From IMG/VR virus record IMGVR_UViG_2571042740_000001, positions 1-64,000 of that record: DNA of 64,000 nucleotides; one strand, given 5' to 3'. This document shows positions 38,233 to 47,964 of the stretch, piece by piece; within the stretch, counting starts at the first letter, position 1; each line of letters starts with the position of its first letter. Source of the stretch: a virus. Its lineage: Duplodnaviria; Caudoviricetes. The notes under the pieces are model-generated. The model had not been told where the DNA came from. It made no database searches and was given only the letters and a program-made list of their open reading frames with translations. Both the position numbers and the translations under genes were made by a program.

Positions 38233-39873
38233 CTACAGAACGATCAGGTCATGATCGGGTTCGTCATAGACACTGCCCTGCATTTCATGGCGGATCACTC
38301 TGTCGAGTGCCATGATCCATGCGACAATGCCGTCGATTTTCTCAGTACTTTTCTTTTTGCTCGGTTTGATATTCTCCGCCGCATCAATTTCAGCGACCAC
38401 ATTTCCTGCCATCCATCTGAGAACGGGATTGCCGCCGTGAACGAACATACCTTCGAGTATGAGCTTGTACAGCTCCTTCATCGGCGGTGACATATCCTTG
38501 AAGCCCATGCCCATCGGAACAACGGTAAATCCGTCTCCCTCAAGGTCTGTGATCAGCTGTGTAGCGTTCCATCGGTCGGCTGCGATCTCCTTAATGTTAT
38601 ACATGGTGTGCAGTTCGTTGATCGTTTTACGAACAAAGTTATAGTCCACCACATTGCCCTCTGTGATATGAAAAAGTCCCATGCGCTCCCAGACATCGTA
38701 GGGAACATGATCTCGCCGCACACGCAGGTCAAGCGTTTCTCTCGGCAGCCAGAAGTGTGGGACAACGATGTATTTTTCGCCCTCTGTCAACGGCGGGAAC
38801 ACCAGAACAAAAGCGGTGATATCCGATGTGCTGGAAAGGTCCAGTCCCGCATAGCACTCTCTGCCTCGTAGCTTTTCAAGGTCGATCGGTAGATTTCCTC
38901 TGTCGTAGATATGCTCCGGGATCCATGCGACCGCACTGCCGACCCACTGGTCGAGTCTAAGCTGACGGAATACATTTTCTTCAGCAGGATTTGTCAGCGC
39001 CTCACGGTGCGCATCACGGACACGGTCAATGGTGATCGTATGCCCGAGAGACGGATTTGCTTTGTACCATGATTCCTCGGCGTTCCAGTCGTCATCATCG
39101 TTCAAGCCATATATAACAGGATAGAAGGAAGGGTCGATGCGTCTGCCGTCCAGAATATCTTTTGCTTTGGTGTGGTATTCGTAGCAGATGCTGTTGCGGT
39201 CAGTGCCGGCGGTGGTAATAAGGAAGTACAGCGGCTGTGTTCGTGCGTCGCCGGAGCCCTTTGTGAGAACATCCACAAGGCTACGGTTCGGCTGCGCGTG
39301 AAGCTCGTCAAGTACCAGACCGGATACATTCAGACCGTGCTTTGTGCCGACTTCAGCCGAAAGCACCTGATAGAATCCCACATTGCTGTAGTTCACCAGT
39401 CGTTTTGTCGCCGCCATGATCTTGGAGCGTTTCAGAAGCGCCGGCGTCATTTCCACCATGCGCTTTGCAACGTCAAAAACGATGGAAGCCTGCTGCCGGT
39501 CAGCGGCAGCACCATAGACTTCGGCGGACGGCTCGTTGTCGGCGTACAGCAGATACAGTGCAATTGCCGCTGCAAGCTCCGATTTTCCGTTTTTCTTCGG
39601 AATCTCAACATATGCTGTACGGAATTGCCGGGTGTCGTCTTCTTTTACAACACCGAAAATATCCCGGATGATCTGCTCCTGCCACGGCAGCAGCCAGAAC
39701 GGTTTGCCCGCCCATCTGCCCTTGGTGTGGCAGAGGTTTTCTATAAAGCGAACAGCCCTGTCCGCTTTTGCCGCATCGTAATGGGAGTCCGGCAGCATGA
39801 AGCGGGTGGGCTGATAATCGGTGAGTTTCGGATAATTCGCAGGTCTTTCTCTTGCTTTTGCTGTTCTTGCCAT
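38233..39873 (-). CDS. terL: Terminase large subunit
   Basis: EIPKKNGKSEL, LDELH, ITTAG, GLDLSST.D, KIDGIVA. Confidence 0.95.
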   Translation of the reverse strand: MARTAKARERPANYPKLTDYQPTRFMLPDSHYDAAKADRAVRFIENLCHTKGRWAGKPFWLLPWQEQIIRDIFGVVKEDDTRQFRTAYVEIPKKNGKSELAAAIALYLLYADNEPSAEVYGAAADRQQASIVFDVAKRMVEMTPALLKRSKIMAATKRLVNYSNVGFYQVLSAEVGTKHGLNVSGLVLDELHAQPNRSLVDVLTKGSGDARTQPLYFLITTAGTDRNSICYEYHTKAKDILDGRRIDPSFYPVIYGLNDDDDWNAEESWYKANPSLGHTITIDRVRDAHREALTNPAEENVFRQLRLDQWVGSAVAWIPEHIYDRGNLPIDLEKLRGRECYAGLDLSSTSDITAFVLVFPPLTEGEKYIVVPHFWLPRETLDLRVRRDHVPYDVWERMGLFHITEGNVVDYNFVRKTINELHTMYNIKEIAADRWNATQLITDLEGDGFTVVPMGMGFKDMSPPMKELYKLILEGMFVHGGNPVLRWMAGNVVAEIDAAENIKPSKKKSTEKIDGIVAWIMALDRVIRHEMQGSVYDEPDHDLIVL

Positions 39874-40346
39874 CAGCCGCCTCCCAGAAGTGCATCCATA
39901 TCGTCAACGGCGGCGTCCTTCATATCTGCACCGGCAGTGATACGGCTTCTTGCTGCCGGAGTCAGTCCGAACTGTTCTGCGATCTTGTTCATGATCTTCA
40001 GATAGGTCTGCGCAATGCTGACCTGCGGGACCTGCTGCCAGTAGCCGGATTTTGTTTTTACGATCGTGCCGTGCTGCGTCATGAATTCCTCGGCTTCCTT
40101 CCAACGGGCGTATGCCTGACAATAGGATGCGAATGCCGCCTGATCGACCTCGGTCAGCACACCGATCGCTTCAAGCTGTTTGGATAGCCTGCGCCATTCC
40201 TTTTTTGCTTCGGGCTCCAGCCACTTCGGACAGGGCGGTGCTTTTTTCACAGGCTTTGGTTCAGCCTCATTCAGCGGACGCTTGCCCGGATTGCCTTCCA
40301 GCTCTTTGATCGCAGTGGGTTTTGGTTTTCTGCCTCTCTGAGCCAT
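39873..40346 (-). CDS. terS: Terminase small subunit (P27 family)
   Basis: GRKPKPTAIKELEGNPGKRPL, FGLTPAARSRI. Confidence 0.93.
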   Translation of the reverse strand: MAQRGRKPKPTAIKELEGNPGKRPLNEAEPKPVKKAPPCPKWLEPEAKKEWRRLSKQLEAIGVLTEVDQAAFASYCQAYARWKEAEEFMTQHGTIVKTKSGYWQQVPQVSIAQTYLKIMNKIAEQFGLTPAARSRITAGADMKDAAVDDMDALLGGG

Positions 40347-40427
40347 CCGCATCACTCCTTCCTGTAAAAATGTGCATAAAGAAAAGAGCCTGCATTTGCA
40401 AGCCCTTTCTATGTATGTTTGCTGCCT

Positions 40428-40667
40428 TTAGTTGTACTCATGCATCAGGATCGCCAGCGCCATTTCTGCGGCTTCGTTCTGGGGCGGAACATCTTCGCCC
40501 CGGTCGTAGTTGTAAATGACCTTGCCCTCGACCTTCAGTGTCAGTTTGCTGATCCTGCCGCCCTCGATTCCGTACTGGCTGCCCTCGTCGTAGGCTTTCA
40601 CCCAGTAGTGAACCACCGTGTACTTTCCGTTGTCATTCGGGACTCCGATCGTACCTTCATGCCACAT
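40428..40667 (-). CDS. Small cassette protein
   Basis: GGAGG RBS, behind a repeat promoter. SQYGIEGGRISKL...YDRG. Confidence 0.8.
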   Translation of the reverse strand: MWHEGTIGVPNDNGKYTVVHYWVKAYDEGSQYGIEGGRISKLTLKVEGKVIYNYDRGEDVPPQNEAAEMALAILMHEYN

Positions 40668-40971
40668 AATGTTTTCCTCCGTATTTTCGTAGTTTTCGGC
40701 TCGGTTTCCCGTTCCGTTGTACACATATTAACTCTAAACATTGAATATATCAAGTGTGAGTAATAACAATGATCTCTGCGGTAGTTTCCGCTTGTTTGTG
40801 TACTTTACGCCCGCCCACAGGAGACGTGTAAACGTACTGTTTGGGGCTTGTATTTTCAGTCGAATAATGATATACTGTTAATGTGAGGTTATCATCTCAC
40901 ATATATGAGATGGTAGGCTCGTATCCCCCACAGTTATTGGGGGTAAAACTAAAGTTTTCTATTAATCTGAG

Positions 40972-41976
40972 ATGATTTTGCTCACATTTGAGTTGGTGGT
41001 ATTAATTATGGATAATATGTATTGGCCGGTATATAAAAATATCGAAAGAGAGTTTTTAAAAATTGCTGAATATATTAATATTTGTGACGAGCAGTTGAAA
41101 GTATATTCGTTTCATATTGCTGATTTAATTATTAGATGCGCAATTGAAATAGAGGCTATTTCAAAAGAATTATATAAAAGATTGGGCGGAAATATGAACC
41201 CAGTAGATGAGAATGGAAAAACAAGAGACTTATATTTTGATACGGATTGTTTAGGACTCTTAGAAGAAAAATGGGGCATCAGTAAAAAGAAGGTAAAAGT
41301 CTCTGCATTAGAAGTGTTTTTGACTAGAGAAGAAAATATAATTCTTACTCCTTTGAAAAAATCGAATAAGAGGGGATCAAGTGGCTCACAATGGAAAAAG
41401 GCGTATCAAGCATTAAAGCATGACAGGCGAAATTCACTAAAATGCGCAACTATTGAAAATTTAATTTCTTCAATGGCTGCCTTATTTATTCTTAATTTGT
41501 ATTATAAAGATGAGACATCTGATCTTGGAAGATTATATATGAATGATAGAACATTTGATAGTAGAGCCGGCTCAGACATCTTTAATGCATATGTAGTATC
41601 TGCAACGACTTTAAGAATGGAACTAGAAATGGATGATTTAAATATAATAAATATAGATGAAGAAAAGAGGAAAGAATCCATTTTTATTATAAAATACACT
41701 GACAGCACATACCGTGAAATGCATAGAGCTTTTTGCTTAGATTATTATGAGACCAAAAGTAACTTTGACAAATCAGAAGTTATACAAAAATATGTGGCAG
41801 AACATCCTGAATCCAAGGAGAAGTCTATGAACGAGATTTGCATTGAAGCTGGAGGACATGAATTATTATGCAATATTTTTGTTAATAGGCATTCTTTAAA
41901 TTCAAAAAACTATAGGACAGAAGTTATCGTTAATAAAAATGAGGATATATATCAAAAATTAAAATACATAGATTAA
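40972..41976 (+). CDS. Low-GC moron, HEPN-like candidate defence protein
   Basis: YW..YKN.E.EF, VYS..IADLIIR.AIEIEAISK, WKKAYQALKHDR. Own promoter near 40849-40876. Confidence 0.75.
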   Translation: MILLTFELVVLIMDNMYWPVYKNIEREFLKIAEYINICDEQLKVYSFHIADLIIRCAIEIEAISKELYKRLGGNMNPVDENGKTRDLYFDTDCLGLLEEKWGISKKKVKVSALEVFLTREENIILTPLKKSNKRGSSGSQWKKAYQALKHDRRNSLKCATIENLISSMAALFILNLYYKDETSDLGRLYMNDRTFDSRAGSDIFNAYVVSATTLRMELEMDDLNIINIDEEKRKESIFIIKYTDSTYREMHRAFCLDYYETKSNFDKSEVIQKYVAEHPESKEKSMNEICIEAGGHELLCNIFVNRHSLNSKNYRTEVIVNKNEDIYQKLKYID

Positions 41977-42142
41977 TATTTATCAATACGGATGGTTGAA
42001 GAATAATCATTATATAAATGATAGGAGCAACAATTTCGCAATCCATTTAATAATTGACATTAGCAACGCAATGCAGAAAATTGGAGGAGCGTAGGAATAC
42101 TACTCACTAAGCAAGACTTTATTACTATCACAGAATACATAA

Positions 42143-42176
42143 CGAGGCAGAGGCCCCTTTCGGGGGTTCTGCCTTT
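42143..42176 (-). terminator. Terminator hairpin
   Basis: AGGCAGAGGCCCC-TTTC-GGGGTTCTGCCT. Confidence 0.65.
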
Positions 42177-42180
42177 TGGC

Positions 42181-42525
42181 TTATCTGCCGGTCATCCATT
42201 CCCATTCGCTTTCGCAGGCGTCTGCGTACTCTGCCTCGAAAAGTGCATCGTCGTCGATCCATTCGGTTTCGTAGTCAATATCCTCGATGCCCTCAAAGGT
42301 CGTGCCGTTTGCGGCGGCATCTTCCTGCACAAGGCTGTCGGCGTTCTCCTCAACCCAAGCACTGAAGTCTTCTGCGTCGAGGTCGTCCTCGTTCTCGACC
42401 TCCAGTTCGTAGCCTTTATCCTCGGTGTCGTACCAAAGGATCGTGGCGCTTCTGATCGCCTCGCGTGCGTTCCAGTCGTCTCTGCCTGCCATTGCTCTTG
42501 CCTTTGCCATTCCGTAGCTGATCAT
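42181..42525 (-). CDS. Very acidic 114-aa cassette protein
   Basis: GGAGG RBS. About 35 D/E against 7 K/R by hand count. Confidence 0.8.
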   Translation of the reverse strand: MISYGMAKARAMAGRDDWNAREAIRSATILWYDTEDKGYELEVENEDDLDAEDFSAWVEENADSLVQEDAAANGTTFEGIEDIDYETEWIDDDALFEAEYADACESEWEWMTGR

Positions 42526-42717
42526 TGTTTTTTCCTCCGCTTTTCGTTGTTTTGGTGGGCTTTGCCCTTCCGTTGTGTACATATTAACTCTGAATGCGAA
42601 TAATAGCAAGCCGCTAAATGTACAGAAGATACGTGAAAAATGTTCGGCAGGTGTTGTGTATTATATGCCGCCTATATGAGGTTCGGCAGCCCCTCCGCAG
42701 AAGGGCTGCCCGCTGGT

Positions 42718-43080
42718 TTACTTGCTCTTGCGTCCCGCCTCGTAAGCCGCCGTGAGCGCCTCCTTGATCTCCCAGACGGCGACCTCGAAGAAGTCATCGT
42801 CGTCCTTCATGCGGGTTTCGAGGTCACCCCGCTGTTCCACGCTTATGATGTGGGAGAAGGCGATGCCGGTGATGACCTTATCCACCCCGGTCAGGCTGTC
42901 GAGGTGCGCCATTCGCAGTTCCGCCTTTGCCTTGCCGAGGGCTGTCTGGAGGTTGATCAGGCAGGTCTCCTTCGGGATGCCGTAGATCTCCGCGCAATCC
43001 TCATCGGTCATCTGCTCGGTGGCAGTGATGCCGTTCTCCAGCATCTTGATCTTCTCCTCGATTCTCTGCTTCTTGGTCAT
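42718..43080 (-). CDS. Cassette protein with C-terminal DUF6900-like domain
   Basis: LETRMKDDDDFFEVAVWEIKEALTAAYEAG. Confidence 0.78.
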   Translation of the reverse strand: MTKKQRIEEKIKMLENGITATEQMTDEDCAEIYGIPKETCLINLQTALGKAKAELRMAHLDSLTGVDKVITGIAFSHIISVEQRGDLETRMKDDDDFFEVAVWEIKEALTAAYEAGRKSK

Positions 43081-43325
43081 GTTTATGTCCTCCGTGTTTT
43101 TATTCCGGTGGGCTTTCCGCCCTTCCGTTGTACCCATATTAACTCTGAAAGCACATTATATCAAGCCACTAAAACTACAGAAGATACGTGGGAAATGTGT
43201 GGCGGGTGTTGTGTATATTACTTCGTAGTAGTCAAATAGTTGGTTTGATAAATCACAGTTCACTTGACAGACCTTTCCCAATTTGATATAATGTAAGCAA
43301 ATTATTGAGCAACTTGGAGGTCAAC

Positions 43326-43655
43326 ATGGATGAGAAAAAACTAAACCCATTTGAGATATTGAAACAGTATTCATCATATGGTCATAATAGTGGTGAACGT
43401 TATCAGGCCCATGTTTTGGGCACAACATGTGACAAGAATAATTATAACGCGATTCTCTTTGTTTGTTTACAGATTGATGTCAATCGAAATTATGCAGAAA
43501 TCATCATAGAGGGAGATGCACAGTATTTCAATTACAGTTTTAAATCCTCTTATTCAACCGACAATAGTGCATTCAAATTGATAAACAGAACACTTATCAT
43601 TAAAGGAACAGATAAATTCGGCAACAACATAACACTTGAAATAACTGAAAAATGA
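43326..43655 (+). CDS. Low-GC hypothetical moron
   Basis: Consensus TTGACA-17-TATAAT (43264-43292) and GGAGG RBS. Confidence 0.75.
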   Translation: MDEKKLNPFEILKQYSSYGHNSGERYQAHVLGTTCDKNNYNAILFVCLQIDVNRNYAEIIIEGDAQYFNYSFKSSYSTDNSAFKLINRTLIIKGTDKFGNNITLEITEK

Positions 43656-43736
43656 GTGCGGAACGGAGGTATGTGTCTTGGTACACTAACCTCCGTTTTT
43701 TACTATCAGTCCTATTATCCTATCTGCAGTTCAATA

Positions 43737-44090
43737 TCAATCGTCGAGAGGAATCGGCATCAGGATGTTGCCGACCAGTACGAAATCGTATGCCTGCCGG
43801 AAGAACTCCGTGTATTTCTCGGTCAGCTCCTGCGGCAGGTCGGTGAAGTCATCCTCGCCCAAACCGCAAAGGAAGAACGTACCCTTGATGACACCGTAGC
43901 CTTTGATTGGGCGGTTCCATTCCTGCTCCGGATGGTAGAGGGCTTCCTCCTCGCACACCAGTGCGACCGGATCATCGAAGGGGTAAATCGCCTGAATGTA
44001 TCCGCCGACCGTCTGCTGCAGGCTGTCAAGCTCTCCGCTGATCTCCTTTGCGTAGGGGCGCTTTCCCGGTTCAACAACTAAAATGTTCAT
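43737..44090 (-). CDS. DUF3846-like protein
   Basis: LVVEPGKRP...LQQTVGGYIQ...CEEEAL...NR...IKGTFFLCG. Confidence 0.8.
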   Translation of the reverse strand: MNILVVEPGKRPYAKEISGELDSLQQTVGGYIQAIYPFDDPVALVCEEEALYHPEQEWNRPIKGYGVIKGTFFLCGLGEDDFTDLPQELTEKYTEFFRQAYDFVLVGNILMPIPLDD

Positions 44091-44225
44091 GTGAATGCTC
44101 CTTTGTGTTTATTCCGCTTCTCTTGCGGTAGTGACATATTAACTCTGAACCGAGGATATATCAAGCATTATCGGCAAAATAAATGTGACAAACATCGCGG
44201 CGGAAATGCCGCTGAATTGTACATC

Positions 44226-44330
44226 GCACAAGAGCCGTACACGTGCGCTGTGTGGGGCTGGTTACCGAAAGGGATACCGTTTGGAGGATATCCGTCCCGC
44301 GCCACACGTTGCAACGTGGCGGCTCTGTGC
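44226..44330. other. Long imperfect hairpin, copy A
   Basis: GCACAAGAGCCG...CGGCTCTGTGC arms. Core shared with 45432-45505. Confidence 0.6.
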
Positions 44331-44333
44331 GCC

Positions 44334-44537
44334 TTATTCTTCGCCTTCGTACTTCTCGTGGATGATGCCGAGAATCTTGTCCTGTTCCTCACGTCCGACG
44401 CCGATGCTTTCAAGTGCCTCACGCGTTCCGCAGTCGGGGCAGATCGGGCTGTTATCCACGCGGGAAAGGGCTGGTCGGGCGGTATACGCCTGCCCGCATT
44501 TCGGGCAGATGCGCGGCTCGTTGTTGCGGTCTTTCAT
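44334..44537 (-). CDS. Small Zn-ribbon protein
   Basis: CPKCG...PALSR....ICPDCG.REAL. Confidence 0.8.
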   Translation of the reverse strand: MKDRNNEPRICPKCGQAYTARPALSRVDNSPICPDCGTREALESIGVGREEQDKILGIIHEKYEGEE

Positions 44538-44998
44538 CGCTGTACCTCCTTTGCGCTGATTTCGTAGGCGGCATCGAGGAACTTGGTATCGAAGCCGAAG
44601 TTCCGGTAGCCTTCCTCGCAGGTGCGGATGTAGGCAAGCGACGGAATGCCGAGGCTGCGTTCCTCATGCATGATGTATACGAAGGCGGTCAGCTTCTTGG
44701 TCTTGCCACTTGCCAGCTTCACCGGCAGGCGGACTTCCTTCTTGTAGTAGAAGGTCGGGCAGCCCTCGTAGGCATCCAGCCGTTTCTCGTCGGCTGCGGT
44801 GACCTCCCAGACCGCAATCGGAACGATGCCGTTCTTCTTCGGTTCAATGGTCAGGTACGCGCCTGTCTTGCTGCCCTTGTAAAGCAGCTCGTAATCGGGA
44901 ATCACCGTGATCCCGATGGGCTTTGCGCCGGGGCAGCGGTACCGCATCTGGCGGATGTTCAGGTTCGAGCCGTAGGCAAGGTAGTACTTCTTTTCCAT
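44534..44998 (-). CDS. Gamma-glutamylcyclotransferase (AIG2-like)
   Basis: YLAYGSNLN..QM..RCP, LDAYEG.P.FY. Confidence 0.9.
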   Translation of the reverse strand: MEKKYYLAYGSNLNIRQMRYRCPGAKPIGITVIPDYELLYKGSKTGAYLTIEPKKNGIVPIAVWEVTAADEKRLDAYEGCPTFYYKKEVRLPVKLASGKTKKLTAFVYIMHEERSLGIPSLAYIRTCEEGYRNFGFDTKFLDAAYEISAKEVQR

Positions 44999-45076
44999 GT
45001 CAATCGTCCTTTCCGAAGGAAGTCTCCTTCTACCACCCTGAGCCGCCCGTAGGCGGCAGGTGGGGAAAGGCGGCAG

Positions 45077-45271
45077 TTACTTTTCCGCCTTGCCCAGTTC
45101 GTATGCCTTGCGGAGCATCTCTCGGATGCCCCAGACGCTCACCTCCGGGAAGTCATCGGTGTCGTTCCAGCGGGTGTCCAGCCCGCCGCGCTGTTCCAGT
45201 GCGTAGTCCGCTTTCATTGCGATCTGCTCCAGCTTCTTGTCGGTTTCCGTTCCCCATTCGATGTTGCTCAT
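45077..45271 (-). CDS. DUF6900-like small protein
   Basis: LDTRWNDTDDFPEVSVWGIREMLRKAYELG. Confidence 0.78.
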   Translation of the reverse strand: MSNIEWGTETDKKLEQIAMKADYALEQRGGLDTRWNDTDDFPEVSVWGIREMLRKAYELGKAEK

Positions 45272-45431
45272 TGCTCGTTCCTCCGTGTTTGTTTTTCCGG
45301 TCGTTTTCCGTTCCGGTAGTCACATATTAACTCTTTTCGGGGAGAATAGCAAGCCGCTAAATGTACAAAACATCACGGGGGAAAATGTGCCATTCTTTGT
45401 GTAGTATATGCCTTGCCGTTGTTTGCGCCGT

Positions 45432-45505
45432 GCGCGCCCGTGTGCGGGCTTTTTCCGAAAGGGGCAGTTACTTGGAGGATACCCGTCCCGCCCCACACGG
45501 GGCGC
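45432..45505. other. Long imperfect hairpin, copy B
   Basis: GCGCGCCCGTGTGCGGGC...GCCCCACACGGGGCGC arms. Confidence 0.6.
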
Positions 45506-45549
45506 TGTGGGCGACTGTTTCGCCGCCCTTGCCCGTGGCGGCAGACCGG

Positions 45550-46494
45550 TTAAGGTCTGCCGAATCGGAAGGCGTTGTCGCCGGTAAGGTTCTGCGTCAG
45601 GGTTTCTCTTGCGGTGGCGAACTCGTCGCCAATGAAGCCCATTCTCATCAGCCAAGTCCGCATCGCGAACTTTTTGTTTTCTTTCTGCTGTTCCTTCGGG
45701 CTTGCGCTGCGCAGGTCTTTTGCCATCTGGCTCATTGCGAGGCAAAGCTGAATGTAGCTCTTGAGCTTGCCTGCGTGAAGCCCGTTCTGCTTGCCGCCTG
45801 CGGGCTTGTCGAACTGGAAAAGGCGGAATTCAATCGTGCCCTTTGTGAAGGTGGCGTGGAGGTTCAGCATATGGTAGCGGCTGTCGTTGTAGTGGTGGGT
45901 TCTGCCGTAGTCGCATCCCTGTGCGCCGTACCAGATGTCTGCAAGCTGCGCCATCGTGGTGGGCTTCTTTTTGTTGAGCTGCTGCAGGAAATTCGGGTTT
46001 ACCGTTCTGCAGTAGCGGTTCATTCGGCTGCTGTCAACCTTGATTGCTTCGGCGATCAGCGTTTCGTGGCTTGCCATCAGGTTTGCGAGGTTTCTCAGGC
46101 TCTGCGGTGTGTGTCCCGCTGCGCCGATGTGAATGTGAACTCCGCAGCCCCTTGTGTAGTCGCTCTTTGCGCCCGCCTTGCGAAGGCGTCTGATCAGCTC
46201 CTGCAGGGTTTCGATGTCCGCGTAGTGCAGGATCGGTGTGACCAGTTCGCACTTTTCGCTGTCCGGTCCGCTGATGCTGCAGTCGCGCTGGAATTTCCAC
46301 TCGCGTCCCTGCGCGTCCCAAGCGCTGTAGGTTTCGTAGCCGTTGCGGTGTGCGGTGTACTCGCTGCGGTTTGTTCCGAAGAACTCGGCGGCGAGCTTTG
46401 CGGCAGCCTTGCGGGTGATGTTGTTCATCTCAACCTCAACCCCGATCGTCTGCTCCTTCATTCTGTTGATCTGTGCCTGTGTCTTTGCGTTCAT
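45550..46494 (-). CDS. Putative amidoligase (COOH-NH2 ligase type 2)
   Basis: IGVEVEM, D.SI, ELVTPIL, CGVHIHIG, RYHMLNL, TIEFRLF. Confidence 0.9.
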   Translation of the reverse strand: MNAKTQAQINRMKEQTIGVEVEMNNITRKAAAKLAAEFFGTNRSEYTAHRNGYETYSAWDAQGREWKFQRDCSISGPDSEKCELVTPILHYADIETLQELIRRLRKAGAKSDYTRGCGVHIHIGAAGHTPQSLRNLANLMASHETLIAEAIKVDSSRMNRYCRTVNPNFLQQLNKKKPTTMAQLADIWYGAQGCDYGRTHHYNDSRYHMLNLHATFTKGTIEFRLFQFDKPAGGKQNGLHAGKLKSYIQLCLAMSQMAKDLRSASPKEQQKENKKFAMRTWLMRMGFIGDEFATARETLTQNLTGDNAFRFGRP

Positions 46495-46718
46495 GGTGGT
46501 ATCCTCCTGTTTGGTTTTTGGTGTGTTTTCCCTTTCGGTAGTCACATATTAACTCTAAACCGAGGATATATCAAGCCGCTAAAACCACAGAAATACGAGG
46601 AAAATACAGCCTTGATGATTGTGTATTTTACATTCTTGACACACTTGATTTTCTATGGTAATATTGGGTACGATGGAATAGGTTCTCACATTTTCCGGCG
46701 CCCCCGGAGGCTGTAAAA

Positions 46719-46949
46719 TCAGCCGCCGGAGATGACCTCGAACTCGTCTGCGCCTTCGATCAGCGCAAGGCTTCTGCCGTTGTCCCACTTCATATGAATG
46801 TTGCCTGCATCGTCGATGATCGCAACCGTTCCGGTTGTTCCGGGCGGCACGGGCGCGATGTCGTCCGCCATGCGAATCAGTCGGATGCGTGTACCTACGG
46901 GATAACGCTCGCGCAGCGCCTGAAGCTGTCTTTCATTCGGAAATTGCAT
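46719..46949 (-). CDS. DUF4314-like protein
   Basis: [11 protein letters not shown]....[30 protein letters not shown]. Confidence 0.85.
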   Translation of the reverse strand: MQFPNERQLQALRERYPVGTRIRLIRMADDIAPVPPGTTGTVAIIDDAGNIHMKWDNGRSLALIEGADEFEVISGG

Positions 46950-47964
46950 CGTTTTCTTCCTCCTCGCTATTCTGAGCATCACGCTTTGCCTTCTGCTTCG
47001 CTTCCCAGCGCTCACGCTCCGCTTCATTGCGGAATGCGGTATGCCCGGAAAGGTTCTCCATCAGGCGCTTGCGGTCTGCCTTGCAGTCTTTTCCGTTCAG
47101 CCCAAGGCGGATCAGCCAGACGCGGAGCGAATACTTCTCGTTGCTGTCATCGACATCCTTTGCCTGAACACGCTTCTGGGTAATTGCCATCTTGTTCATA
47201 GCTGCGGCAAGCTTCATGAAAGTCTGCACATGCTCAGCATCCTGTGCCTGACCGAAGCCGTCGAAGGTGAGCTTGTCATCATCGAAGGATATTCCCATCA
47301 GCGGAGTACTCATCTCACCCCATTCCCTAACATATGAAATCAATTCATTCACACTCCGGAATACCTTCTCATCAAGGATCGAATCCACCAGTTCCTTGTC
47401 TGCAAAAAATGTACCGCCGGTTGCTTTGGAGATCAGAGGTCCGCGGGAGTGGATCATACAGATCAGATTTGTGAGGGACTGTACTGTATGCGCATTCAGG
47501 GAAAAAGAGATTCTTGTGCAAAGATACTCATCTGATTCAGATTCCGCATTTTTGTAAACTGAATCCCGGCTTTCATCCATATCGCTTTCCGGAATGATCT
47601 CAGGCTCCGATTCTGACACTTCTGCAGGCGATTCTTCGATGAAGGGCGGCTCATCTTCAAGCTGTTCATCATCACCCCATTCTTCTGTGGTTTCAGCCGC
47701 AAGACTGATTTCCGGAGGTGTCTCCACATGTGTATCGTCTTCGCTGATCAGCGCACCGATCATACCTTCTTTTGTAAGAATGCCGATAATCAGTTCATCT
47801 GCATCATTCGTTGTTGTCAGTTCGCCGTCTTTCTCAACCGTGAATTCCCCGACTTCAAAAGCGCATCTCGGTACAAAGGTATATCTCGCTTTCTTCCTCG
47901 TAAGCTCTTCCAGTCTCTTTACCAGTTCTTTGCGGTTTGGAATCTTCTGTGCATAAGTTTTCAT
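46933..47964 (-). CDS. Phage protein of the so-called virulence-related family, with acidic linker
   Basis: RKELVK...Y..VP.CAF.VG at the N-terminus. [16 protein letters not shown]...K..RK.LM.NLSG.TAFR at the C-terminus. Confidence 0.75.
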   Translation of the reverse strand: MKTYAQKIPNRKELVKRLEELTRKKARYTFVPRCAFEVGEFTVEKDGELTTTNDADELIIGILTKEGMIGALISEDDTHVETPPEISLAAETTEEWGDDEQLEDEPPFIEESPAEVSESEPEIIPESDMDESRDSVYKNAESESDEYLCTRISFSLNAHTVQSLTNLICMIHSRGPLISKATGGTFFADKELVDSILDEKVFRSVNELISYVREWGEMSTPLMGISFDDDKLTFDGFGQAQDAEHVQTFMKLAAAMNKMAITQKRVQAKDVDDSNEKYSLRVWLIRLGLNGKDCKADRKRLMENLSGHTAFRNEAERERWEAKQKAKRDAQNSEEEENDAISE

